Shown one piece after another: positions 23,073 through 35,079 of a stretch of DNA of 59,757 nucleotides. Below the pieces are notes generated by a model that saw only the letters and a list, made by a program, of their open reading frames with translations, searched no databases and was not told the DNA's origin. Where the stretch lies: assembly GCF_001194135.2 (NCBI RefSeq), contig NC_068994.1, positions 31,490,347 through 31,550,103 on the forward strand, read 5' to 3'. A program made the translations under genes and the position numbers. This stretch comes from Octopus bimaculoides (lineage: Eukaryota). Every line of letters starts with the position of its first letter. Position 1 is the first letter of the stretch.

Positions 23073-25210
23073 CAGTGTACCCCCACTTATTCGCAGTTCA
23101 ACATTTGCGTCCCGATTATTCGTGGAACTAGTAATTGTTCATGGAATCATAAATACCATCCGTGATTTATTATGGCATTTTTCGTGGCAATATATACTTT
23201 TCCACTGCATTTGCTGGTTTACTGGACGTCCCTTCGCAACTGAATGTCCCTCTGATTTGAATAGCCACACATCATGTCACTTGATTTTTTTTTCTTGTAT
23301 CTCTATTTCTTGCTTTCAATCAAAGCTTGCTAATTGGTATAGCAAATTACCAGTGCTTTTTTTAAAAATCATCACTGTATTTGATCATACACAATGTTTA
23401 TTTCAACAGGATAATTTTTAAGGTTGTGAGTCAATATAACCTTATTGAAATTAGGTTACTTGCTGGTCCCCCCCCTCTCTCTCTCTCTTATTATCATAGT
23501 ATAGATTACTGTATCTAGAGGTAATACAAACTAAATTTTTCAAAATCATGAGTACTTTTAATCTCTCCTCAATCTCCCATTGGTGGTATGTGCATATTAG
23601 ATGCAATGAAGATTTTTTTGTAGGTTTTTTTTTTTTTGGTGGGTGGGACTGCATCCAGTAGGTATCTCCAGTATTTTGTTAAGTGCTGTGTTTTTCGCAG
23701 TGTGTTATTAAAGCCCAAAGGTGCTGCCCAAACGCCCTACAACTAAGGTTTCTGGCAGTGAACCTAAGTGCCAGAAAAAGGTTATGATGTTCCATGAGAA
23801 AGCACAACCGCTGGATATATTCTGGGAAGGTAAAAGTTATGCTGCAGTAAGTTGCTATTATGTTGTCAATGAAAGCACCATATGTGACATAAAGAAGAAC
23901 GAGGTGGTGGTCAGGACTACCACAGCAGTAAGTTTCTGTGAAAGTGCCAAAAAGATAACGATAGTGAGAAATAAGCACTTTGTCAGGATGGAATCTGCCT
24001 TGGCATTGTGGATCAGCAACTGCAAGAAGAAAAACATCCCCTTGAGCGGTAACATCATCCATGAGAAAGAGAGGAAATTATACCAGCACTTTGACAGAGG
24101 AAACAGAACAGAAGGCACCAAAGAACTGCAACCAAGACCAATGACAGCACCGGAGCCCCAAGATTTTTAAACCAGCAAGGGATGATTGGATCGTTTCCTG
24201 AAATGGTTTAAAATAAATTATGGAGAGACAGTATCAGCCGACCAGAAAGCTGCCGAAAAGTACTTCAAGCCCTTCAGGTNNNNNNNNNNNNNNNNNNGAA
24301 AGACAAAGCCAAAGCCCCAGCATTTAAAGTACAGAAGGACAGAGTGATGCTAATTACGTGTGGCAATGCTGCTGGCTTCATGATGAAACCAGGACTTATC
24401 TACAAGTCCGCGAACCTGAGGGCTTTCAAAAATAAGAATAAAAATCTGCTGCCCGTCCACTGGATGCACAACCCCAAGGCTTGGATTACCAAAAGTCTAA
24501 CTTTGAATTGGTTCTGCCAATGCTTCATCCCTCAAGCCAAGGAATACTTCAAAAATGTTTGCATGGAATTCAAGGTGTTGCTTGTTATGGATAATGCTGG
24601 TGATAATTCTTTGGATTTGAATCACAAGGGAGTTCAAGTTGAGTTCCTCCCTGCCAACACCACGTCCCTCATCCAGCCTATGGATCAAGGCATTTTACAC
24701 TTGGAACTCTCTCCAACACCTTGTGGACGCAATGGATTTGGATGAGAATTTCAAGAATACTGGCATAACTTCACAATTGCAATGTGCCTGTCAGTCATCC
24801 ACACTGCTCTTAAAAACGTGAAAAAGAAACCCTCATCGCATGCTGGAAGAAGGTGTGGCCAGAGTATGTCCAGGACTATGAGGGTTTCTCACCTGAAGAT
24901 ATTCAGCACGAGACTGGCAACAATGCTGTGAAACTGGCATAGGTACTTGGTGGTGAAGGTTTTGACAGCATCACATAAGATGAGGTTAATGACCTCATCG
25001 GCACCCACCCTGAAACCCTGACAAACGAAGATTTGTTGGAGTTAAAGTCTGCCAGTGAAGAGGAGGAGGAAGATGAGGTGGGCCTGGTAATCGAACATGT
25101 GTCCAACCTCTTAATGATGGCAAAGGAATTGCAAAGGAAGTGGAAGCATGGGATCTCTATATGGTTCAGTCCCTACAAATTAAAAATGCCATTCAGATAT
25201 ATAAAACTCT
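23073..25210 (+). mobile_element. Tigger/pogo-family transposon remnant (CENP-B-type HTH + DDE_1 transposase pseudogene, about 23721-25200)
   Basis: ORF 23721..24170 (MESALALWISNCKKKNIPLSGNII) and ORF 24344..24745 (VLLVMDNAG...FLPANTTSLIQPMDQGI); TA|CAGTGTACCCCCACTTATTCGC TIR-like left end (linkage to the ORF inferred); no right TIR seen. Confidence 0.88.
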
Positions 25211-25806
25211 CCTCACCACCAGCAGATTTTTGCGGAGGGTGAAAGTGTTAACAAGAACAGGACAGTGAGAACAAGAGAGTAAAAGCAATAGAAACAGTAA
25301 AAACAAACGGTGAGGGCTGTTGAGCCAAGATGATAGAAAAATTATTATGAACACTAAGTAGAAGAGATAGAAAAAACACGTCCGTTCCTTAGGAAGACCA
25401 GTGGGCAGAAAGAAAGAACCCTTTCATCACGTGTCAGCGACAAGAGAGTCAAGGAGTCAGAGAGGGAACGGTGAAAGGGAGAGAAGAATAAGGAAAGGGT
25501 GAGAGAGAAAAACAGAAAGGATGAAGAACAAGAGAGGGAGAGAGATAGTAGAAGAGTGCGCATTGTAATTATTAAAATAAAACTTACTTGGAAAAGGATA
25601 TGTGGCTTTCGATCATCATCATCATCATCATCGTATAACGTCCGCTTTCCATGCTAGCATGGGTTAGACGATTTGACTGAGGGCTGGTGCAACCGGATGG
25701 CTACACCAGGCTCCAATCTAATTTGGCAGAGTTTCTACAGCTGGATGCCCTTCCTAACGCCAACCACTCAGATATAATAATATAAATAATATATAGATAT
25801 ATGCAT

Positions 25807-26190
25807 GTTGTTGGGACTCCATCGCTTACGACGTCGAGGGTTCCAGTTGATCCGATCAATGAAACAGCCAGCTCGTGAAATTAACATGCAAGTGGCTGAG
25901 CACTCCACAGACACGTGTACCCTTAACGTAGTTCTCGGGGATATTCAGCGTGACACAGTGTGACAAGGCTGACCCTTTGAATTACAGGCAGAACATAAAC
26001 AGGAAGTAAAAGTGAGAGAAAGTTCTGGTGAAAGAGTACAGCAGGGTTCGCCACCATCCCCTGCCGGAGCCTCATGGAGCTTTAGGTGTTTTCGCTCAAT
26101 AAATACTCACAACGCCCGGTCTGAGAATCGAAACCGCGATCCTATGACCGCAAGTTCGCTGCCCTAACCACTGGGCCATTGCACCTCCAC
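25807..26190 (-). mobile_element. SINE family A, full length
   Basis: Reverse complement of 3506-3882; flanked by a long duplication (see findings). Confidence 0.9.
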
Positions 26191-27974
26191 AGTGCGCATT
26201 ATAATTATTAAGATGAAACTTGGAAAAGGATATGTGGTGTTCGATCATATAATAATATAAATAATATATAGATATATGCATATATACATACATGCATATA
26301 TGGGTACAGGACATCAAAAAAACGTTATCTATGTGTATTTGTCCCCCATCACTGCTTGACAATTGGTGTTGGTGTGTTTATATCCCCGTAATTTAGTGTT
26401 TCAACAAAACAGACCAATAGAATAAGTACTAAGCATAAAAAAGATAAGCCCTGGGCTCAACTTGTTCGGTTAAAACCCTTCAAGGTGGTGCCCGAGTATG
26501 GCCACTGTCAAAATGACTGAAACAAGTAAAAAGAATATATATACAGAAATATATTAAAACATAAAATGAAAACAGAACACAAAGGATATCGCGGTACACG
26601 TGTTTCAAGCTTTATACACAAACTGTTGTTGTATCATTATATGAGTATATAATTGATAGAAAGGATGGTTTAAAGCTATCTTCAGCTGCAAACATTTTCA
26701 GTCCCAAGATTACATCACAAAGAAAAAAGAAAAAGAGAGAAAAAAAGGAAAAGTCCACCTCGTATTATCCATTGTAGTATGCTTATCCTTTAAATTGTTA
26801 TATCTGCATAAATGTTCCTTGGTATTCAAAAATCTGTCCATATTGTACCACAATTCAGCGTAGGTGCTTACACTTATCAAGTATTACCTCTAAAATTTAC
26901 AATACCTACGTATACATAAATATATATATTGATGTAGATATGTGTGTATGTATATGTATACATATGTGTGTGTCCTGTTTGTGTCATCTTGTCTTAACAT
27001 TACATGATAGTTGTGTAACTGTCATACAAGCAAGGTCATTCACTTCCAATATTCTGCAAGGACATGCCTGGCCATGCAGAAATATTACCTCCCTTGGAAA
27101 CAGTTGATGTTTGGTGACAGGAAAGGCATCCGGCTGTAGAAAGTCTGCCTCCATAAACTCTGTCTAACTTGTGCAAGCATGGAAAAGACAGCAACACTGA
27201 TAACAACATACCTTTGTTTAATTCTTCTGTCAATTGGGTGGATAACAAAGTTGGAGTTGTTTTCATTTTTATTGTTATCTGTTTTTGCCTTCTGTAGTGT
27301 TCTTGCATTGGTCAATATATGCATGCTTATACCCACCCATACTTATATTTTTACTAGTGCATTCATACACATATATACATTCACACTTGTGTACACGTAC
27401 ACTTGCACACATGCCCAGACATGTGTGTAGACATCTATGTATATCTATCAATCTATCTATCTGTATATATATATATATATACACACATACATACATACAT
27501 ACATAGACACACTTCTACACATATACATACATGTATAGACATACACACTTGTATACATACATAAACGCACACATACATTACAAGTTAGTAATATTATACT
27601 GTATTACATTACACTTCACTGCTTTGAGTATATAGTGTTAATAATAAGATTAATATATCATTATTATCATTGTATTCTTGTTATTTATATCTGTGGTGTT
27701 GGTGGTGGTGTGATGTTATTGTTACTGATTCATTCTTTTGAGGAAATGGGTGGGTTCTGCTTCTAGCACATGCACTGTCTTGGTAACTTGTCTAAACATC
27801 AAACTGTGTGGGTGTGCAGAGAAGATTTTTTTTTATTTCAACAATGTTTATCAATCCATTGTGTTTATCTACTGGTGTGTTTAACAGAACATAGATGTTC
27901 ATCTTTTTTTAATTATAGACAAATACAGTTATATGGAATAACATACAACATGACTTCTTGATTAATCAAAATTG

Positions 27975-28090
27975 GGAAATTGATTGTCTCAAATGCCCCC
28001 AGAGGCTTACTAGAGGTATTGGAAAATTTCTGCTACCTAGGGGACCAAATTAATAATTGGGGTAGATGTACAAAAAGTATAATAGCTAGA
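27975..28090 (+). mobile_element. RTE ORF2 fragment interrupted by the mariner derivative
   Basis: LEVLENFCYLGDQINNWGRCTKSIIARI, homologous to LEVVDSFRYLGDQVCSGDGCSAGIATRI in ORF 35421..36059. Confidence 0.7.
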
Positions 28091-28093
28091 ATA

Positions 28094-28958
28094 TGAGATC
28101 TGATCAATAAGTATCCGGACTGTTGCCATAGTAACAAAGCTAAAGCATGCAGAATGAAGCTGCTTGACAAAGATTGACCATGAATTCTGCTGTTGCATGC
28201 ACACTAAGTTTTAGCATTCTAGCTCATTTCTACTGTTTATAGCAGTATTTGGAAGGAAGGTGTGTAGCGTGCGATCATTGCATTGACCATGACAGAGAAA
28301 GTCATCATGGCAATTCCTGTTCAGAGTCTTACACAAAATTGCAGAAAGTGTATGAGATGTGCACAAGTGTATGAGTGGTTCGGACGTTTCCAAGATGGCC
28401 AAAAAAATGTCAATATTGATGACATTCTGGTAGACCCACAACCAGCAGAACTGAGAAAAACATCACAGATGTGCATGAAGCTATGAGGGGAAATCATTGA
28501 ATCACCATCCATGAGTTATCAGAGGATGTGCAGATTAGTTACAGTTCAGTTCAGTCCATTATCACCAAAGATTTTGGTATGAGATGCCTGTCTACCAAGT
28601 TTGTGCCAAAACTGCCTTCAGCTGACCAAAAAGACACTCAGGTTTCAGTTGTATAAAATCTCCTTGATTGTATCGAGAAAGATGAAAACTTTTCGAAAAC
28701 TTTGAATAGGCCTCTGAGCAGGTATCACCAAGCTTTTGGCAAAATTTGATGCAGATTCTCTGCTCAACTTATTGTCACTGTGACAATCACACGCTACACA
28801 CCATCCTTCTAAGCATTGCTGTAAATAGTGGGTGTGAGGAAAAATGTTAAAACTTAGTGCGCATGCACAGCAGAGTTCAAGGTCAATCTGTGCCAAGCAG
28901 CTTCACTCTGCATGCATTAGCTTCGTTACTATAGCAACAGTCTGGATACTTATTGATC
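28094..28958. mobile_element. Mariner derivative made of two left ends in inverted orientation
   Basis: Plus: TIR + N-terminal transposase (QVYEWFGRFQDG...KFVPKL). Minus: TIR + EQRICIKFCQKLGDTCSEAY at 28706-28765. Confidence 0.85.
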
Positions 28959-29699
28959 AAGCCAAATCAGACTGAAACCTAATGTAGCTTATCTGCTTGC
29001 CAGCTCTGGTGAAACCATCCAACCCATGCCAGCATGGAAAATGGAAATTAAAGGATGATGATGATATCTTTGCCTGTAAAGGATGTATCATAATTAGTAA
29101 ATGGTAATTAAGAACAGCTCCACTTGAGAATAAGGAATAATCTCAAGATCAGAGTGTTCTCCAAAGTTGACATGACATTAAGGAAAAGGACAGGCATATT
29201 ATTGCCTGGAGATAAGAAGACAGTTATGGATGTGCGTTTCTGTTTAAATAGTCATCATGAGCATAATTGTCCAATCTTATTTCCAATAGCCAAAAGACTT
29301 ATATGAAAATGAATGGAACACAATTATGGCCTAGGTAATTTGCATAATTTAAACAAATTGAGCTAAGAGAAATTCAGAGTGACCAGTCTTTGAATAACAG
29401 ATAAATATAAGTATATCAAATACCATACAACATGAATTCTTGACTTATTAAAATTATTTCCATGCTAGAAGATGTATCATAATTACTATATGACAATTAA
29501 GAACAAGTCCATTGGAGAAGACGAGATAATTTCAAGATTCAAGCATTCTCCAAAGTTCACAAGGAAAAGACAGGTTTATTGTCTGGACAATTGAGGATGC
29601 GTGTTTCCATCTCAATTGTCATCATCAGCACAGCAGTTGTCCAACCTTATTCCTAATAGCCAAAAAGACTTCTACAAAAAGGAATGAACCCTGAATGTA

Positions 29700-30280
29700 A
29701 AGGACATGCAAAGGTTAGAGAGAAATGACACTAGTATGCTCCACCGGATGTGTAATGTAAATGCAAGAGAGAAGACTGTGCTAGTTTGGTCATGTGATGC
29801 AGATGGATGCCAACAGCTCCATAAAGGCATGTTGGTCTCTCAAAGTAGATGGAAGTGGAGAAACCCAGGAAGACATGGGATGAAGTACTCAAGAACAACC
29901 TCAGGACACTGAACTTTTCAGATGAGATGGCAAAGGACCGAGATACCTAGCACCTTGCTGTACTCAAGAAGACTCGTACTTCACAGCAGAAATGTAAAGG
30001 CCACTTCCTCTGGTGAAGATGATTGGCCTGCAAGAATTCTGTGCCAGTACCACGTAAAAAGCACTTGTGCCAGTGTCATCTAAAAGCACTTGTGTAGTGC
30101 CATGTAAAAACACCCAGCACACTCTGTAAAGTGGTTGGTGTTAGGAAGGGCATCCAGTCATAGAAACCATGCCAAGTCAGATTGGATCCTGGTGCAGGTC
30201 TCCTGCTTACCAGCTCTGGTCAAACTGTCCAACCTGTGCCAGCATGGACAAAGGATGTTAAATGATAATGATGATGATGA
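29700..30280 (+). mobile_element. RTE LINE 3' fragment with (GAT)n tail
   Basis: RLERNDTSMLHRMCNVNA and KPRKTWDEVLKN-type translation; standard RTE tail. Confidence 0.78.
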
Positions 30281-30529
30281 ATATATATATATATATATTG
30301 TCAAGTAGTATATATCTGGTTATACTACTCATCAGATATCTTTAATGCTACAGTTTTAGCCAGCTTGGTGTGAAAAATATATGAAATAAAAAAAACCCTT
30401 TTCTGAGAAGGTAAGAAGAATTTCCCCCATCCCACCCCCATCCCTGTAATCAGCTGTGACCAAAGGGGGTCAACTTTGCCCCCATGCAATTTTCTGTTCT
30501 CCAGTCCACAAATAGGAAGACCACATTTC

Positions 30530-31010
30530 CAAAACAAATTTTCTGTCATGAAGACAGCAGATAGAAATTTCACTTTTGATTTCAAAAAAGCACCTGTATA
30601 GTGCAAATGTTTTGAGGATTATTGTCATCTTAGCTGAACAAAGTTTTCACCCTCTGCTTCTGTTGCGGTATGTCCTGGTTGTTCCAGCAGCTTCTAGTTA
30701 ACTTGATATGGTATTCCTTTCTCTTTTAATTGCCATATACAGCTGGCTAATGTTGTAATGCTCTGCCTCTTTTGTATCCTAAAAGAGAACCTGTAGTTAT
30801 TTACTCTGGCCTTAAAGGGACGCCTTTGTTATTGCAGCATATGTTAGTATATGCATCCCTTTGTTGCTGTTATTGTTACTGTTGTTGCTCCTCTGCCTCT
30901 GCTTTGTAGGTAACAACCTCAGTATTGCTTCACCCATTCACTTGACACTTAGTTCTAACTCTACATGAACATCCTGTGTTTGTGCAATGCTTTGGGGCTT
31001 TCATAAATAT
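30530..31010 (-). mobile_element. Penelope-like element GIY-YIG endonuclease region, degenerate
   Basis: GCSCRVRTKCQVNG*SNTEVVTYKAE...KARVNNYRFSFRIQKRQSITTLASCIWQLKEKGIPYQVN*KLLE...KSEISICCLHDRKFVL, across frameshifts. Confidence 0.75.
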
Positions 31011-31913
31011 CTCTTTGACACTAGGTGCACAACTGAATGTGACCCTTAAATTATGTCTATTGAATATATATATCCATCCATTTATTTTTCTCTCTCAGAC
31101 AAAGAACAAGAGTCTGATAAATTAGATTCTTAACAGCAAATGAATTTATCAACCTCTTTAATAAGCTGTTAACTCTTCTAGTAATTAATAAAGCTCACTT
31201 TCTTTTATTTTTTCCTTTTACTTGGTGCATAAATAGTAAACTCCATGACCGAACAGTAGACTGTATTTTCTCTGAGTCCATTCATCCATAACTAATACAT
31301 TAAACATAATACAATTAATCTTGTTGCTTTGATGGTGATGAAAACTCAACCAATCCCTCTTTAACACTCAGTTTAGGAATATCAATACATCGAGAGAGAT
31401 TTAGCAATGTCCAAACTAACCAGACAAGTCAATAAAAAGAAACAGTGATTTGATTGATATAAAATAGGTTAAAAGGTTTTCAAGGATGTGTGTTTAGCCA
31501 TGCATACATGAAGAGTTGTGTCCCAAATACATTCACACACACACACACCTAAGTACACATATGCAGAACAAGAACAAGAGATCAAACCATTTCAAGAAGA
31601 GCTGCCCAGCTTACTTGCCAAAATTATTAGAATAATATTAGTAATTAATCTAATGCTGTCTTTTCCTCATGGTGTAATTATTTTTAATCAGTCTAAATAC
31701 ATCAACTCTACCTTAACTATTGGTTTTTCATACAAGAAGCACCTCTGAGTAATTTCCTTCAGTGGATCATTAAATGCATGGAGGATTAAAATGCTAAAGC
31801 GGAATAAAAGATATAATGATAATAATGTTGATTATGGTGGTGGTGGTAACAGCAGTGGCGGTGGCATTGCAGGTGATGATGATGGTGGTGGTGATGATGA
31901 TGAAGATGATGTG

Positions 31914-32355
31914 CAGGCTTGACTGTGTGGTTAAGATGTCTGTTTCCTAACCATATGGTTTCAGTTTCAATCCATTGGTTGCCATCCTGGGCAGGTGTCT
32001 TCTACTATAACCCCCAGGCCAACTAAAGCCTTGTGCGTGGAATGGGTGAATGGAAACTGAAAGAAGCCTGTTGTGTATATGTGTGTGTGTATTTGTGCAT
32101 GGGTGTGTGTGTGTGTTTGTGTACCATTATCTAGACATCACATGATGGTTGTGAAGGAGCATCACTGTCATATAAGTGAGGTTGGATGCTTCCAGTCTTC
32201 TATGGAAAACATGTCTGTCCATGGGAAAATTTTACCCTATTTGAGAAGAGGTGAGGGCTGACAAGAAGAAGGGCATTCAGCCATAGAAAGTTTGCTTCAG
32301 TAAACATCATCCAACCCATGCAAGAATGGAAAAGTGGATTAGGATGATGATGATG
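31914..32355 (+). mobile_element. Hybrid SINE family F: family-B head and body with an RTE-type (GAT)n tail
   Basis: B head through gaagcctgttgt, then a tagacatcacatgatggttgt...gaagggcatt...ccatgcaagaatggaaaagtgga-(gat)n tail. The same tail occurs at about 480-590-, 4070-4300+, 6780-7012+, 26970-27195+ and 41075-41190-. Confidence 0.72.
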
Positions 32356-33084
32356 ATGATTAGTCTATCACTGGTAATATTTATTTCATTTTTCCAGTAC
32401 CTACAAGAGACAATTCCAAATATGTTTCTGACTACTCTGATGATATTAGCAGATTTGTACCTTGTTGAAATAGAAGCAATTAAATTGCTAAGTAAATATA
32501 AGGAAAAGTATATTGTTGTCTTAAAGATGAATACAATTGTTTGTAAATTATTGTGTACTTCAATTTAGCATACTCTGCCTTATTACTTTCACCTTAATTA
32601 TTTTATTTAATTTTTAAAAATCTATTATCTTATAATTTTGGAAGTTTGCTTCTCAACTTCATGGTTTCAAGTTCAGTCCCACTTCATGGCACCTTGGGTA
32701 AGTGTCTTCTCCTATAGCCTTAGGCTGACCAAAGCCTTGTAAGTGGATTTAGTAAATGGAAACTGAAAGAAGACTGTTGTATGTGTGTGTGTGTGTATGT
32801 GTCTTTGTGTCTGTATTTGTTCTGCACCACCACTTAACAACCGGTGTTGATGTGTTTATGTTTGGCAAAGAAGCTGATAAAATAAGCACCAGGCTTAAAA
32901 ATAAATAAGTACTGGGATCAACTCATTTGACAAAAACTTCAAGGTGGTGCCCCAGCATGGCCGCAATCTAATGACTGAAACAGGTAAAAGTGATAATAGA
33001 GATAAAAAGAGAGTGTATCTTTTTTAATGGATACTAACGTCAATGTCATACTGAGATTTAATTACAACTCTTCACATTCTGAAG

Positions 33085-33884
33085 TATAGTAGGGGCAGTT
33101 GGGTATCGTCTGTGAGAAAAACAGCACCATGACACAATTCACTCCTCCAGAAATTTGGAAACAACATGCTGTACTGCTTGCCATTCACGTCGGAAGTTCC
33201 AATACGGACAGATGGTGAACACACGGAACAACCATTGGCTTTCCATGTCCCTGAAACATGTACCAAGAGTGATAAAAATCATACATCCATTCAACATCAT
33301 GGTGTTTGGAGTGATCACGTGTGGTAGCAACATTATACCTCCAGTCATCTTCTCATATGGCCTCACACTCAACACGGAGGCCTACATCAAGTGCCCGGTG
33401 GAGGTAGTGCTGCTCTGGGTCAAGAGGGTGGATACTGGAAGATCTTATGTCTGGTAACAGGACTCTGCACCATGCTACACAAGCAGGAGAACCCAGTGAT
33501 GGCTGTCAGACAATTTCTGTGACCACATCACCCCTAACATCTGGCCACCTAACTCCTCAGACTGCAACCTCCTTGATTATTATGTGTGGGGCACAGTTGA
33601 GCTAGAGACCAACAAAACTCCTTGTTACACCATAGATAAACTGAAGGCAAGGCTTATGGCAGTATTCCCCAACTTAAACAAGACAGTCCAGAAGAGTTGC
33701 AGGAGATTCCGAGGTCATCTGACAGCTGTGGTTGAAGCCATTGGCGATTTTATTGAATAAATTTACTCTTTAGTATTTCAAGATATTCTTATGTAATTTT
33801 GGTAAATATATCTGTTAAAATGAGATGTCAGTGTTATTTTCATTTCTGCGTAATTTAGACAACAACATATTCACCGCACCCTTT
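33085..33884 (+). mobile_element. Tc1/mariner superfamily, maT (DD37D) transposase pseudogene with right end
   Basis: QDSAPCYTSRRTQ*WLSDNFCDHITPNIWPPNSSDCNLLDYYVW: 37 residues between the second and third catalytic Asp; ends ...ttcaccgcaccct-TA. Confidence 0.85.
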
Positions 33885-35079
33885 ATATAACACAAAACAA
33901 TTACGTTATTCCAAAAGTTCACTTCTGTCTGATGGTTAATTACATGAAACTTGGAGTAACAGCCTGTGAAGTTTTTCAGCTTTGATAAAACTTTATATTT
34001 TATTATACTTTTGGTAACTGAATTTTGTACTCTCTACCTTTGGTGATCAAGTGCTGTTTTGCACTTATGTGTTCGCTCATATATATATATATATATTTAT
34101 CTATACATCATTGCTCAATAGGTTTCAATCAATAGATATATGTATATATACAAGTGACTATTCAACTTTCTGAGAAAATAGTACAGTTCAGTAGTTTTTG
34201 CTATAGAAGTTCTTCTAATGAGCTCTCACCTGATTGTGTAAGTTTGTATATGTTTCTATATACATGTGTGTGTGTATGTTCACCTGTATATGTTTCTATA
34301 TACATGTGTAACCGTTTCTGTGTGTGTGAGACTGTGACTGAGTGTGAGTATGTGTGTGTGCATGTGTGAGTGTGTGTGCCTGTCTTTCTGTGCACGTGTG
34401 CATGCGTGTGGTCTGTTTATGTGTATAAGTGAATATGTGTGTAGGGGTGTTTATGTATTTATATGTGTGTGAATGTCTGCGTCTGTGTTGATGTAATACT
34501 CCAGATCAGCCATGAAAGAACAGATCTTATTATCAAAGGTATTCAAGTTGTGACCATACTTAATTTTGTTTCATATGCATTGTATCTAGGACCACATTAT
34601 CCAATGTATCCTTCTTTTATTAAGACGGTAAAGATTTGGCTCTGTTTAATAGCACATCAAACAATTACAAAGAAGCTTGTGTGCATGTCTTTTGTATCTT
34701 ATGTGTATGACTGTATGTATTTATATATCTGTGTATGTGTGTGACTATGTGTGTTTGTATATTTTTGCAGTGTGTATGTGTGTCTATATGTATTTCTGTA
34801 GTGAGTGTGAACATGTCTAAATGTGTGTATTTCTGTGTCTTTTGTGTGTTTTATGTGAGAGTGAGTGAAGGCTTAAGTGTGTGTGTGTTTCTTTGTGTAG
34901 ATTTTTGTTATTTTTAGTTAAAAAAATTAAATATCTGGATTTTTGTATGTTTTTCTTTATTCATTATTTTTAAGAAACATTCTTAAATGTTTTTTATGAA
35001 TATTTTTTCTATTTTTTGATGGTTTGCTTTTTCCTTTTTATTGTATTTTTTTTAGTGGAATGTCATTCTCCTTTCTTAC

